Positions 1 through 9,119 of a DNA stretch of 36,337 nt are shown here, piece by piece (within the stretch, counting starts at the first letter, position 1; every line of letters begins with the position of its first letter). Under the pieces are notes generated by a model. The model saw nothing but the letters and a program-made list of their open reading frames with translations, was not told where the DNA came from and made no database searches. Origin of the DNA: a virus (lineage: Duplodnaviria; Heunggongvirae; Uroviricota; Caudoviricetes); the IMG/VR virus record IMGVR_UViG_2541047902_000001. One strand, 5' to 3'. A program made the position numbers and the translations under genes.

Positions 1-1284
1 TTACTTCTTCGCCTCTGCAACCACTTTGCTACCCACGCCGCGGTTATTGTATTCCCACATGCGGTTGTAGTTAGTGTCATTCAGATTGCGCTGTACTTCG
101 TCGTTATCATCAACGTTGCCAGTATTACCCGCAAACGGACGATTGGAAATCACCGCATCGGCCCACGGTTTCGCCGTGTTAAAACCTTCGTTGATGGCGC
201 TATCACGGATCACTACCTGACCGTTGGTATTGGCATCAACATCCAGCGAGCGGCCCAGTTGCGCCACGCCATCCCCGGAAGCATTGAAACGGCTGTTTAC
301 GGCGAGGAAACCGTAGTAAATGTTGGACAGCGTAGCCGGTGCAAACACATACGCTTCTTGCTGGGTACGGGAGTTCACCACGCGGAATTCGGTGTTATCG
401 AACACCACTGCGCCGCGACCAGAAACGATATCCACATCCCCTTCAATGTAGCTGTTAGTCACCAGGGTACGCGGCTGACGGTTGCTTTCCAGACGGTTTT
501 GCACACCGCTGTTGGTGACAAAGAAGGTATTCTGGCGACCGAGAATATTGACGTTATTGATCTGCACTTTGTCGCCATCAGTACGCAGTGCCACCGCCGG
601 ATGGTTACCCGCATCTACGCTATCGCCCAGTGTGTTTTCGATGGTCAGGTTTTGCAGTTGCAGGCCATTGTTTTGTGACCAGAAGACCGCAGAACAGAGC
701 ACGCCAATGCTGTCGCTGCGTTTGCTCTGGCAGCTATCGTACATATACCACGCTGGTTTACCCGGCATATATTTGCCGCGTGGGTTGACGTCGTGACGCC
801 AGTCGGCTGGGCTCATGCCCCCATCAAGGGAAAGCCCAATTTTCACATCAATCGGTTTTTCACCTGTACCGTACAGAGTAATTCCACCCGGAGCGGCAGG
901 GACATACACCGTTCCCTGATACTCACCAGGCATCACGGCAATATACTGGCGCTTGTTGGTACGCTTGATAATTGCCGCATCTACCGCCGCCTGAATCGTG
1001 GTATGCGTTACACCTTGAGTACCCGCCGGGCCGACAACAAAGTCAGGTTGTGCAGGCAGGGTAATCGGGGAAGGATTCCACGCTGCAGCACCTGGTGTCA
1101 GGGATGCAAAATAGTGTTGAGCATCGAAATTCTGCGCTTCTTTTGCCGACAGAATCGGGCGAGAAGAGGTACCAGGCGCGGTTTGATCAGAAGGACGTTG
1201 ATCGGGCGGTGTTGAGCTACAGGCGGTCAGCGTCACGCCAAAAGCCAATGCCAGCGCCAGACGGGAAACTGAAAATGTGTTCAC
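1..1284 (-). CDS. ybhC: Host outer-membrane lipoprotein YbhC (pectinesterase-family), flanking attB-lambda
   Basis: Complete 427-aa ORF with signal peptide and lipobox (LTAC); matches my recollection of E. coli YbhC; lies just outside the att core. Confidence 0.85.
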   Translation of the reverse strand: MNTFSVSRLALALAFGVTLTACSSTPPDQRPSDQTAPGTSSRPILSAKEAQNFDAQHYFASLTPGAAAWNPSPITLPAQPDFVVGPAGTQGVTHTTIQAAVDAAIIKRTNKRQYIAVMPGEYQGTVYVPAAPGGITLYGTGEKPIDVKIGLSLDGGMSPADWRHDVNPRGKYMPGKPAWYMYDSCQSKRSDSIGVLCSAVFWSQNNGLQLQNLTIENTLGDSVDAGNHPAVALRTDGDKVQINNVNILGRQNTFFVTNSGVQNRLESNRQPRTLVTNSYIEGDVDIVSGRGAVVFDNTEFRVVNSRTQQEAYVFAPATLSNIYYGFLAVNSRFNASGDGVAQLGRSLDVDANTNGQVVIRDSAINEGFNTAKPWADAVISNRPFAGNTGNVDDNDEVQRNLNDTNYNRMWEYNNRGVGSKVVAEAKK

Positions 1285-1330
1285 AGGTTGCTCCGGGCTA
1301 TGAAATAGAAAAATGAATCCGTTGAAGCCT

Positions 1331-1418
1331 GCTTTTTTATACTAAGTTGGCATTATAAAAAAGCATTGCTTATCAATTTGTTGCAACGAACAGGTCACTA
1401 TCAGTCAAAATAAAATCA
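1331..1418. other. attL: attL: lambda att core GCTTTTTTATACTAA (1331-1345) plus P' arm with Int arm-type sites
   Basis: Exact 15-bp lambda core; downstream sequence matches the recalled lambda P' arm (GTTGGCATTATAAAAAAGCATTGCTTATCAATTTGTTGCAACGAACAGGTCACTATCAGTCAAAATAAAATCATTATTTGATTTCAATTTTGTCC). Confidence 0.9.
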
Positions 1419-2489
1419 TTATTTGATTTCAATTTTGTCCCACTCCCTGCCTCTGTCATCACGATACTGTGATGCCATGGTGTCCGACTTATGCCCGAGA
1501 AGATGTTGAGCAAACTTATCGCTTATCTGCTTCTCATAGAGTCTTGCAGACAAACTGCGCAACTCGTGAAAGGTAGGCGGATCCCCTTCGAAGGAAAGAC
1601 CTGATGCTTTTCGTGCGCGCATAAAATACCTTGATACTGTGCCGGATGAAAGCGGTTCACGACGAGTAGATGCAATTATGGTTTCTCCGTCAAGAATCTC
1701 TTTGCATTTATCAAGTGTTTCCTTCATTGATATTCCGAGAGCATCAACATGCAATGCTGTTGGGATGGCAATTTTTACGCCTGTTTTGCTTTGCTCGACA
1801 TAAAGATATCCATCTACGATATCAGACCACTTCATTTCGCATAAATCACCAACTCGTTGCCCGGTAACAACAGCCAGTTCCATTGCAAGTCTGAGCCAAC
1901 ATGGTGATGATTCTGCTGCTTGATAAATTTTCAGGTATTCGTCAGCCGTAAGTCTTGATCTCCTTACCTCTGATTTTGCTGCGCGAGTGGCAGCGACAGG
2001 GTTTGTTGTTATATGGCCTTCAGCTATTGCCTCTCGGAATGCATCGCTCAGTGTTGATCTGATTAACTTGGCTGACGCCGCCTTGCCCTCGTCTATGTAT
2101 CCATTGAGCATTGCCGCAATTTCTTTTGTGGTGATGTCTTCAAGTGGAGCATCAGGCAGCCCCCTCCTTATTGCTTTAATTTTGCTCATGTAATTTATGA
2201 GTGTCTTCTGCTTGATTCCTCTGCTGGCCAGGATTTTTTCGTAGCGATCAAGCCATGAATGTAACGTAACGGAATTATCACTGTTGATTCTCGCTGTCAG
2301 AGGCTTGTGTTTGTGTCCTGAAAATAACTCAATGTTGGCCTGTATGGCTTCAGTGATTGCGATTCGCCTGTCTCTGCCTAATCCAAACTCTTTACCCGTC
2401 CTTGGGTCCCTGTAGCAGTAATATCCATTGTTTCTTATATAAAGGTTAGGGGGTAAATCCCGGCGCTCATGACTTCGCCTTCTTCCCAT
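1419..2489 (-). CDS. int: Integrase (tyrosine recombinase), lambda Int
   Basis: 356-aa ORF matching recalled lambda Int nearly residue-for-residue; adjacent to attL. Confidence 0.97.
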   Translation of the reverse strand: MGRRRSHERRDLPPNLYIRNNGYYCYRDPRTGKEFGLGRDRRIAITEAIQANIELFSGHKHKPLTARINSDNSVTLHSWLDRYEKILASRGIKQKTLINYMSKIKAIRRGLPDAPLEDITTKEIAAMLNGYIDEGKAASAKLIRSTLSDAFREAIAEGHITTNPVAATRAAKSEVRRSRLTADEYLKIYQAAESSPCWLRLAMELAVVTGQRVGDLCEMKWSDIVDGYLYVEQSKTGVKIAIPTALHVDALGISMKETLDKCKEILDGETIIASTRREPLSSGTVSRYFMRARKASGLSFEGDPPTFHELRSLSARLYEKQISDKFAQHLLGHKSDTMASQYRDDRGREWDKIEIK

Positions 2490-2685
2490 TTCTGATCCTC
2501 TTCAAAAGGCTACCTGTTACTGGTCGATTTAAGTCAACCTTTACCGCTGATTCGTGGAACAGATATTCTCTTCCATCCTTAACCGGAGGAGGGAATATCC
2601 TGCATTCGCGCACCCATCGACGAACTGTTTCAAGGCTTCTTGGGCGTCGCTGGCGTGCGTTCCACTCCTGAAGTGTCAAGTACAT
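2467..2685 (-). CDS. xis: Excisionase, lambda Xis
   Basis: 72-aa ORF (MYLTLQEWNARQRRPRSLETVRRW...) matching lambda Xis; 23-nt overlap with the int start as in lambda. Confidence 0.95.
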   Translation of the reverse strand: MYLTLQEWNARQRRPRSLETVRRWVRECRIFPPPVKDGREYLFHESAVKVDLNRPVTGSLLKRIRNGKKAKS

Positions 2686-2711
2686 CGCAAAGTCTCCGCA
2701 ATTACACGCAA

Positions 2712-2733
2712 GAAAAAACCGCCATCAGGCGGC
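2712..2733 (-). terminator. Hairpin plus U-run on the minus strand just upstream of xis (terminator-like)
   Basis: Stem CCGCC/GGCGG (2719-2732) with an A6 run on plus = T6 on minus; function not established. Confidence 0.3.
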
Positions 2734-3134
2734 TTGGTGTTCTTTCAGTTCTTCAATTCGAATATTGGTTATGTCTGCATGTGCTATCTGCGCCCATATC
2801 ATCCAGTGGTCGTAGCAGTCGTTGATGTTCTCCGCTTCGATAACTCTGTTGAATGGCTCTCCATTCCATTCTCCTGTGACTCGGAAGTGCATTTATCATC
2901 GCCATAAAACAAAACCCGCCGTAGCGAGTTCAGATAAAAGAAATCCTCGTCAGTGCGAGGATGCTGTTCATTGCTGCTATACACTTTTTTGCTCTCAACG
3001 TAAGCGGTAGCCCATTCTGTTGGGTTGGTGCAGTTGCTTTTAGGAAATGCTATTTACCCCTTAAATGTCGGCTGAAAGAGCTAAAATCCATGCAAAAAAT
3101 TTACGCAATTTTGTGTATTATTGTGCAGTAAGTA

Positions 3135-3737
3135 ATGAGCTATTTTCTGCGCAAAAAATGGATGGTAAATTTGTCCGGGTCAGGAAAAATTTTATGGGCG
3201 CTAAACATGAAAAAAGATTCGTATCCTTATTTGATTTGCATGACAGTTTCAGGGCTGATCTTTATTTTCCTTTTCTTCTGGTGGCGGGCAGATATCTACA
3301 GGGTCACGTTTCTTAATCAGAGTATATCCCACTATTACATTCTGTTTAGCATGGGAATAGCTTTTCTGTTATCTCTGTTTTGGGTTAAGAAGGGGATAGT
3401 AAAACAAAGAGGCTGGAAGAGTCTGTCAGCATACCTTAAGGTTTATGCAGGGATGTGCATATTTGCAGGATTTTTTCTGATTATACCCCTTACGACACTA
3501 ACTTATTTTTTGCCTGGAGAGACATCGTCTTATGTTGCACCGTATCGGTATACTTCCGGTAGTTCAAAAAGTTGTTCTGGAGCTGAGGTGGATGACCCCG
3601 ATCTACATGAGAATATTCGCATTTGCTATCCGTATGGCAATTATGAGTACGATAATATTATCTATGTTGAAAAGAAAATTAATATATTAGGTGCGGTAGT
3701 GACATATGCACAGACCGCGCGTGATGATACTGAATGA
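3135..3737 (+). CDS. Hypothetical polytopic membrane protein; accessory gene antisense to the pL operon (ea8.5/ea22 slot)
   Basis: 200-aa ORF in an AT-rich segment; several hydrophobic helices then a hydrophilic C-terminal domain; alternative start at 3207 (MKKDSYPYL); no family recognised. Confidence 0.5.
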   Translation: MSYFLRKKWMVNLSGSGKILWALNMKKDSYPYLICMTVSGLIFIFLFFWWRADIYRVTFLNQSISHYYILFSMGIAFLLSLFWVKKGIVKQRGWKSLSAYLKVYAGMCIFAGFFLIIPLTTLTYFLPGETSSYVAPYRYTSGSSKSCSGAEVDDPDLHENIRICYPYGNYEYDNIIYVEKKINILGAVVTYAQTARDDTE

Positions 3738-3947
3738 TATAGTATATAGCGGGCAAGTTTTAGTTAATTTATCGAGGTAATATAATTTACCTCGACTCGT
3801 TTGTTCTGGTATTAATATTTCGCTTTACGACCGATTTTTATCTGATGATATCATGCGGTTTTCATATACTGACTTACTGTCTTTTCTCCGTTAGCGATTT
3901 TCTCCTGCTCAGCGATGATTTTATCTTTGGCTTCTAGTTAATTTCGC

Positions 3948-4169
3948 TCACTTCGAACCTCTCTGTTTACTGATAAGCTCCAGATCCTCCTGGCAACTTG
4001 CACAAGTCCGACAACCCTGAACGACCAGGCGTCTTCGTTCATCTATCGGATCGCCACACTCACAACAATGAGTGGCAGATATAGCCTGGTGGTTCAGGCG
4101 GCGCATTTTTATTGCTGTGTTGCGCTGTAATTCTTCAATTTCTGATGCTGAATCAATGATGTCTGCCAT
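3948..4169 (-). CDS. TraR/DksA-family C4 zinc-finger protein (lambda Orf73-like)
   Basis: 73-aa ORF with CxxC...CxxC motif (CCECGDPIDERRRLVVQGCRTCASCQ); position matches lambda orf73. Confidence 0.75.
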   Translation of the reverse strand: MADIIDSASEIEELQRNTAIKMRRLNHQAISATHCCECGDPIDERRRLVVQGCRTCASCQEDLELISKQRGSK

Positions 4170-4267
4170 CTTCCATTAATCCCTGAATTGTTGGTTAATA
4201 CGCTTGAGGGTGAATGCGAATAATAAAAAAGGAGCCTGTAGCTCCCTGATGATTTTGCTTTTCATGT

Positions 4268-4579
4268 TCATCGTTCCTTAAAGACGCCGTTTAACATGCC
4301 GATTGCCAGGCTTAAATGAGTCGGTGTGAATCCCATCAGCGTTACCGTTTCGCGGTGCTTCTTCAGTACGCTACGGCAAATGTCATCGACGTTTTTATCC
4401 GGAAACTGCTGTCTGGCTTTTTTGATTTCAGAATTAGCCTGACGGGCAATGCTGCGAAGGGCGTTTTCCTGCTGAGGTGTCATTGAACAAGTCCCATGTC
4501 GGCAAGCATAAGCACACAGAATATGAAGCCCGCTGCCAGAAAAATGCATTCCGTGGTTGTCATACCTGGTCTCTCTCAT
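4268..4579 (-). CDS. Hypothetical early protein in the lambda orf61 position (start uncertain; alternative start at 4483)
   Basis: 103-aa ORF between the orf73-like and orf63-like genes; no recognisable domain. Confidence 0.4.
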   Translation of the reverse strand: MRETRYDNHGMHFSGSGLHILCAYACRHGTCSMTPQQENALRSIARQANSEIKKARQQFPDKNVDDICRSVLKKHRETVTLMGFTPTHLSLAIGMLNGVFKER

Positions 4580-4751
4580 CTGCTTCTGCTTTCGCCACCA
4601 TCATTTCCAGCTTTTGTGAAAGGGATGCGGCTAACGTATGAAATTCTTCGTCTGTTTCTACTGGTATTGGCACAAACCTGACTCCAATTTGAGCGAGGCT
4701 ATGTGCCATCTCGATACTCGTTCTTAACTCAACGGGAGATGCTTTGTGCAT
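4560..4751 (-). CDS. Lambda Orf63-like protein
   Basis: 63-aa ORF with the same length and position as lambda orf63. Confidence 0.6.
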   Translation of the reverse strand: MHKASPVELRTSIEMAHSLAQIGVRFVPIPVETDEEFHTLAASLSQKLEMMVAKAEADERDQV

Positions 4752-4906
4752 ACAGCTCCCCGTTTATTATTTATCTCCTCAGCCAGCCGCTGTGCTTTCA
4801 GGGGATTTCGGATAACAGAAAGGCCGGGAAATACCCAGCCTCGCTTCGTAACGGAGTAGACGAAAGTGATCGTGCCTACGCGGATATTATCGTGAGGATG
4901 TTTCAT
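4724..4906 (-). CDS. Lambda Orf60a-like protein
   Basis: ORF immediately downstream of exo on the leftward transcript; 60 aa if started at MKHPH. Confidence 0.55.
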   Translation of the reverse strand: MKHPHDNIRVGTITFVYSVTKRGWVFPGLSVIRNPLKAQRLAEEINNKRGAVCTKHLPLS

Positions 4907-5583
4907 CGCCATTGCTCCCCAAATACAAAACCAATTTCAGCCAGTGCCTCGTCCATTTTTTCGATGAACTCCGGCACCATCTCGTCAAAACTCGCTATAT
5001 ACTTTTCATTCCGCTCAATCACGACATAATGCAGGCCTTCACGCTTCATGCGCGGGTCATAGTTGGCAAAGTACCAGGCATCTTTTCGCGTCACCCACAT
5101 GCTGTACTGCACCTGGGCCATGTAAGCCGACTTTATGGCCTCGAAACCACCGAGCCGGAATTTCATGAAATCCCGGGAGGTAAACGGGCATTTCAGCTCA
5201 AGGCCATTGCCGTCACTGCATAAACCATCGGGAGAGCAGGCGGTGCGCATACTTTCGTCGCGATAGATGATCGGGGATTCAATAACATTTACGCCGGAAG
5301 TGAACTCAAACAGAGTTCTGGCGTCGTTCTCGTACTGTTTTCCCCATGCCAGCGCCTTAGCATTAACTTCCGGAGCCACACCGGTGCAAACCTCAGCCAG
5401 CAGGGTGTGGAAGTAGGACATTTTCATGTCAGGCCACTTCTTTCCTGAGCGGGGCTTGGCTATCACGTTGTGAACTTCTGAAGCGGTGATGACGCCGAGC
5501 CGTAATTTGTGCCATGCATCATCCCCCTGTTCGACAGCTCTCACGTCGATCCCGGTACGCTGCAGGATAATGTCCGGTGTCAT
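4903..5583 (-). CDS. exo: Exonuclease (Red alpha)
   Basis: 226-aa ORF matching lambda Exo. Confidence 0.97.
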   Translation of the reverse strand: MTPDIILQRTGIDVRAVEQGDDAWHKLRLGVITASEVHNVIAKPRSGKKWPDMKMSYFHTLLAEVCTGVAPEVNAKALAWGKQYENDARTLFEFTSGVNVIESPIIYRDESMRTACSPDGLCSDGNGLELKCPFTSRDFMKFRLGGFEAIKSAYMAQVQYSMWVTRKDAWYFANYDPRMKREGLHYVVIERNEKYIASFDEMVPEFIEKMDEALAEIGFVFGEQWR

Positions 5584-6365
5584 GCTGCCACCTTCTGCTC
5601 AGTGGCTTTCTGTTTCAGGAATCCAAGAGCTTTCACTGCTTCGGCCTGTGTCAGTTCTGACGATGCGCGAATGTCGCGGCGAAATATCTGGGAACAGAGC
5701 GGCAATAAGTCGTCATTCCATGTTTTATCCAGGGCGATCAGCAGAGTGTTAATCTCCTGCATGGTTTCATCGTTAACCGGAGTGATGTCGCGTTCCGGCT
5801 GACGTTCTGCAGTGTATGCGGTATTTTCGACAATGCGCTCGGCTTCATCCTTGTCATAGATACCAGCAAATCCGAAGGCGAGACGGGCACACTGAATCAT
5901 GGCTTTATGCCGTAACATCCGTTTGGGATGCGACTGCCACGGCCCCGTGATTTCTCTGCCTTCGCGGGTTTTGAATGGTTCGCGGCGGCATTCATCCATC
6001 CATTCGGTAACGCAGATCGGATGATTGCGGTCTTTGCGGTAAATCCGGCATGTGCAGGATTCGTTGTCCTGTTCAAAGTCCATGCCGTCAAACTGCTGGT
6101 TTTCGTTGATGATGCGGGACCAGCCATCAACGCCCACCACCGGAACGATGCCGTTCTGCTTATCAGGGAAGGCGTAAATTTCTTTCGTCCACGGATTAAG
6201 ACCGTACTGGTTGGCGACGATCAGCAATGCGATGAACTGCGCATCGCTGGCATCACCTTTAAATGCCGTCTGGCGAAGAGTGGTGATCAGTTCCTGTGGG
6301 TCGACAGAATCCATGCCGACACGTTCAGCCAGCTTCCCAGCCAGCGTTGCGAGTGCTGTACTCAT
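5580..6365 (-). CDS. bet: Recombinase Bet (Red beta)
   Basis: 261-aa ORF matching lambda Bet; 4-nt overlap with exo. Confidence 0.97.
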   Translation of the reverse strand: MSTALATLAGKLAERVGMDSVDPQELITTLRQTAFKGDASDAQFIALLIVANQYGLNPWTKEIYAFPDKQNGIVPVVGVDGWSRIINENQQFDGMDFEQDNESCTCRIYRKDRNHPICVTEWMDECRREPFKTREGREITGPWQSHPKRMLRHKAMIQCARLAFGFAGIYDKDEAERIVENTAYTAERQPERDITPVNDETMQEINTLLIALDKTWNDDLLPLCSQIFRRDIRASSELTQAEAVKALGFLKQKATEQKVAA

Positions 6366-6370
6366 CCGTT

Positions 6371-6787
6371 TTATACCTCTGAATCAATATCAACCTGATG
6401 GTGAGCAATGGTTTCAACCATGTACCGGATGTGTTCTGCCATGCGCTCCTGAAACTCAACATCGTTATCAAACGCACGGGTAATGGCTTTTTTGCTGGCC
6501 CCGTGGCGTTGCAAATGATCGATGCATAGCGATTCAAACAGGTGCTGGGGCAGGCCTTTTTCCATGTCGTCTGCCAGTTCTGCCTCTTTCTCTTCACGGG
6601 CGATCTGCTGGTAGTGACGCGCCCAGCTCTGAGCCTCAAGACGATCCTGAATGTAATAAGCGTTCATGGCTGAACTCCTGAAATAGCTGTGAAAATATCG
6701 CCCGCGAAATGCCGGGCTGATTAGGAAAACAGGAAAGGGGGTTAGTGAATGCTTTTGCTTGATCTCAGTTTCAGTATTAATATCCAT
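6371..6787 (-). CDS. gam: Gam, RecBCD inhibitor
   Basis: 138-aa ORF matching lambda Gam. Confidence 0.97.
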   Translation of the reverse strand: MDINTETEIKQKHSLTPFPVFLISPAFRGRYFHSYFRSSAMNAYYIQDRLEAQSWARHYQQIAREEKEAELADDMEKGLPQHLFESLCIDHLQRHGASKKAITRAFDNDVEFQERMAEHIRYMVETIAHHQVDIDSEV

Positions 6788-6885
6788 TTTTTATAAGCGT
6801 CGACGGCTTCACGAAACATCTTTTCATCGCCAATAAAAGTGGCGATAGTGAATTTAGTCTGGATAGCCATAAGTGTTTGATCCAT
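6742..6885 (-). CDS. kil: Kil (host cell-division inhibitor)
   Basis: 47-aa reading frame [12 protein letters not shown]... overlapping the gam start, as in lambda; the track ORF begins further upstream. Confidence 0.8.
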   Translation of the reverse strand: MDQTLMAIQTKFTIATFIGDEKMFREAVDAYKKWILILKLRSSKSIH

Positions 6886-7018
6886 TCTTTGGGACTCCTG
6901 GCTGATTAAGTATGTCGATAAGGCGTTTCCATCCGTCACGTAATTTACGGGTAATTCGTTCAAGTAAAGATTCGGAAGGGCAGCCAGCAACAGGCCACCC
7001 TGCAATGGCATATTGCAT
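6854..7018 (-). CDS. cIII: CIII (FtsH inhibitor, stabilises CII)
   Basis: 54-aa reading frame MQYAIAGWPVAGCPSESLLERITRKLRDGWKRLIDIL... matching lambda CIII. Confidence 0.9.
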   Translation of the reverse strand: MQYAIAGWPVAGCPSESLLERITRKLRDGWKRLIDILNQPGVPKNGSNTYGYPD

Positions 7019-7090
7019 GGTGTGCTCCTTATTTATACATAACGAAAAACGCCTCGAGTGAAGCGTTATTGGTATACGGTAAAGCCGCAC

Positions 7091-7384
7091 TCAGGCGGCC
7101 TTGATAGTCATATCATCTGAATCAAATATTCCTGATGTATCGATATCGGTAATTCTTATTCCTTCGCTACCATCCATTGGAGGCCATCCTTCCTGACCAT
7201 TTCCATCATTCCAGTCGAACTCATACACAACACCATATGCATTTAAGTCGCTTGAAATTGCTATAAGCAGAGCATGTTGCGCCAGCATGATTAATACAGC
7301 ATTTAATACAGAGCCGTGTTTATTGAGTCGGTATTCAGAGTCTGACCAGAAATTATTAATCTGGTGAAGTTTTTCCTCTGTCAT
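7091..7384 (-). CDS. ea10: Ea10-like protein, annotated from the first in-frame ATG; the position of the ancestral ATG carries ATA
   Basis: 97-aa ORF with acidic C-terminus in the lambda ea10 position; 25 further in-frame sense codons upstream begin with ATA (7457-7459) right after a TAG, behind an intact GAGGA Shine-Dalgarno. Confidence 0.6.
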   Translation of the reverse strand: MTEEKLHQINNFWSDSEYRLNKHGSVLNAVLIMLAQHALLIAISSDLNAYGVVYEFDWNDGNGQEGWPPMDGSEGIRITDIDTSGIFDSDDMTIKAA

Positions 7385-7476
7385 TACGTCATGGTCGATT
7401 TCAATTTCTATTGATGCTTTCCAGTCGTAATCAATGATGTATTTTTTGATGTTTGATATCTATTCATATCCTCACA

Positions 7477-7505
7477 GATAAAAAATCGCCCTCACATTGG
7501 AGGGC
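7477..7505 (-). terminator. Intrinsic terminator (tL2-like) on the leftward transcript between ral and ea10
   Basis: Stem GCCCTC/GAGGGC (7488-7505) followed on the minus strand by a T6 run. Confidence 0.55.
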
Positions 7506-7641
7506 AAAGAAGATTTCCAATAATCAGAACAAGTCGGCTCCTGTTTAGTTACGAGCGACATTGCTCCGTGTATTCACTCGTTGGAATGAATACACAGTGC
7601 AGTGTTTATTCTGTTATTTATGCCAAAAATAAAGGCCACTA

Positions 7642-7842
7642 TCAGGCAGCTTTGTTGTTCTGTTTACCAAGTTCTCTGGCAATCATTGCCGTCGCTCGTA
7701 TTGCCCATTTATCGACATATTTCCCATCTTCCATTACAGGAAACATTTCTTCAGGCTTAACCATGCATTCCGATTGCAGCTTGCATCCATTGCATCGCTT
7801 GAATTGTCCACACCATTGATTTTTATCAATAGTCGTAGTCAT
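7642..7842 (-). CDS. ral: Ral, restriction alleviation protein
   Basis: 66-aa ORF MTTTIDKNQWCGQFKRCNGCKLQSECMVKPEE... matching lambda Ral. Confidence 0.95.
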   Translation of the reverse strand: MTTTIDKNQWCGQFKRCNGCKLQSECMVKPEEMFPVMEDGKYVDKWAIRATAMIARELGKQNNKAA

Positions 7843-7912
7843 AAGGATAGTCCTGGTATTGTTCCATCACATCCTGGGGATGCTCTTCGAACTCTTCAAA
7901 TTCTTCTTCCAT
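7826..7912 (-). CDS. Tiny highly acidic ORF (28 aa) translationally coupled to ral
   Basis: MEEEFEEFEEHPQDVMEQYQDYPYDYDY; strong SD AAGGTGA 4 nt upstream; its 3' end overlaps the ral start. Confidence 0.35.
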   Translation of the reverse strand: MEEEFEEFEEHPQDVMEQYQDYPYDYDY

Positions 7913-8055
7913 ATATCACCTTAAATAGTGGATTGCGGTAGTAAAGATTGTGCCTGTCTTTTAACCACATCAGGCTCGGTGGTTCTCGTGTACCCCTACA
8001 GCGAGAAATCGGATAAACTCTATTCACCCCTACAGAGAGCAAAAGAGAAACGCCG

Positions 8056-8637
8056 ATGAACAACTCATGGTGGCAGGAACTAATGCATTTTTTCCTGCAA
8101 GGAATGACACTTAAACAGTTGATTCATATGCTAATCATCCTGATCATATTGATTATTGTTATGCCGGTAAGCGTAAAAGAATGGATAAACCTGCATAATC
8201 CAGAAATCCTTCCTCATTACTGGATGTATTACATCCTGTTGTTTTGCGTTAGCTATGTGCTTAACGGCGTTGTTAATTCCGCTTATCACGCTGTGACTGA
8301 AAGAATTGAGGTATTCGTTGCTCAGAAGCGCAAATCTAAAGAAGAAAAATATGTGCAAGATTTGTTTGATTCGTTAACTCTTGGAGAAAGAGCGTATTTG
8401 GCATTCGCTGTAGCCGCTAATAACCAGCTACAAACGGAAAAGGGAGCTCATGAATCAATTTCATTGCTCAAAAAAGGACTCCTCGTTCGAAGGCCTCCTG
8501 CTGTTGGATATCCTGATACCGACCGTTTTGTTATTCCTGAAAGCTATAGACATGAGTGCTACATTCGGTTTGCCGGGAAGGCAGACAGCCTTATGGATGA
8601 ACTTATCGCTCAGGATAAGCATGGCAAAAACAAGTAA
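8056..8637 (+). CDS. sieB: Superinfection exclusion protein B
   Basis: 193-aa membrane protein in the lambda sieB position, transcribed antisense to the pL operon. Confidence 0.85.
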   Translation: MNNSWWQELMHFFLQGMTLKQLIHMLIILIILIIVMPVSVKEWINLHNPEILPHYWMYYILLFCVSYVLNGVVNSAYHAVTERIEVFVAQKRKSKEEKYVQDLFDSLTLGERAYLAFAVAANNQLQTEKGAHESISLLKKGLLVRRPPAVGYPDTDRFVIPESYRHECYIRFAGKADSLMDELIAQDKHGKNK

Positions 8638-8653
8638 TTAGCAAATGAATTTA

Positions 8654-8965
8654 TCATCTCGCCGTCAGTTGTTTTGATTTCCGGTAGCCTGCCGCGTAAA
8701 TAGCTACGTTTGGCAGGCAAACACTTCCACTGCATTCATCTACTTTCTTGCAGCGAAGGCTTCCGAGTGATATTGCTTTTTCAGAAAGGCTTAACCGCTT
8801 TCTCGGGTCTTCCTGAACAGGTTCCTCACTGTCTGTGCCGAAGATCGAATCGATGATGTTGCAGATGGAATCACGCTCGATGGCCAGCTTTCTGCGCCGC
8901 TCATGACGGCGAGTTTTGGCATTTCCTGCAAATGTTGATTTTCCGTACACGATTACCGTCATGAT
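8654..8965 (-). CDS. N: Antitermination protein N, P22 gene-24 type
   Basis: Arginine-rich motif GNAKTRRHERRRKLAIER (the P22 N boxB-binding peptide) at residues 13-30 when started at MTVIVYGK; SD GAGGA upstream. Confidence 0.85.
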   Translation of the reverse strand: MMTVIVYGKSTFAGNAKTRRHERRRKLAIERDSICNIIDSIFGTDSEEPVQEDPRKRLSLSEKAISLGSLRCKKVDECSGSVCLPNVAIYAAGYRKSKQLTAR

Positions 8966-9080
8966 GTTTTCCTCATGTGAAATGGCTTTGGTGGTGATGC
9001 GCCAGATGCTGATCTTCTGGTTGCTGTCGTTACTGCTGCAATTCACATCACCCCAAACCCATCTCGTTTGGTATCTGTTC

Positions 9081-9116
9081 GCGCTTTGTCAGCGCATCAT
9101 CGAAGTTAAAGAGCCT
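9081..9116 (-). promoter_or_regulatory. nutL: nutL: boxB hairpin GCGCUGACAAAGCGC (9081-9095) and boxA-like GGCUCUUUAAC (9106-9116)
   Basis: Exact match to the P22 boxB-left sequence on the minus strand, positioned between the expected pL and N. Confidence 0.8.
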
Positions 9117-9119
9117 GCC

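Noticed and set aside
259-1316. Several plus-strand ORFs (139, 104, 66, 140, 73 aa) within ybhC
   Set aside because: All are antisense to the complete ybhC gene and have no independent support.
2554-3010. Small ORFs (61-117 aa) on both strands between xis and the membrane-protein gene
   Set aside because: Overlapping, mutually exclusive frames with no recognisable product. The region corresponds to the lambda xis-ea8.5 interval and I cannot confirm any as a gene.
4170-4267. 32-codon ORF (MNMKSKIIRELQ...) between the orf61-like and orf73-like genes
   Set aside because: Too short and featureless to call; possibly a coupling ORF, but the sequence alone does not support it.
8131-8358. 75-aa minus-strand ORF inside sieB
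   Set aside because: Antisense to sieB in AT-rich DNA; likely spurious.
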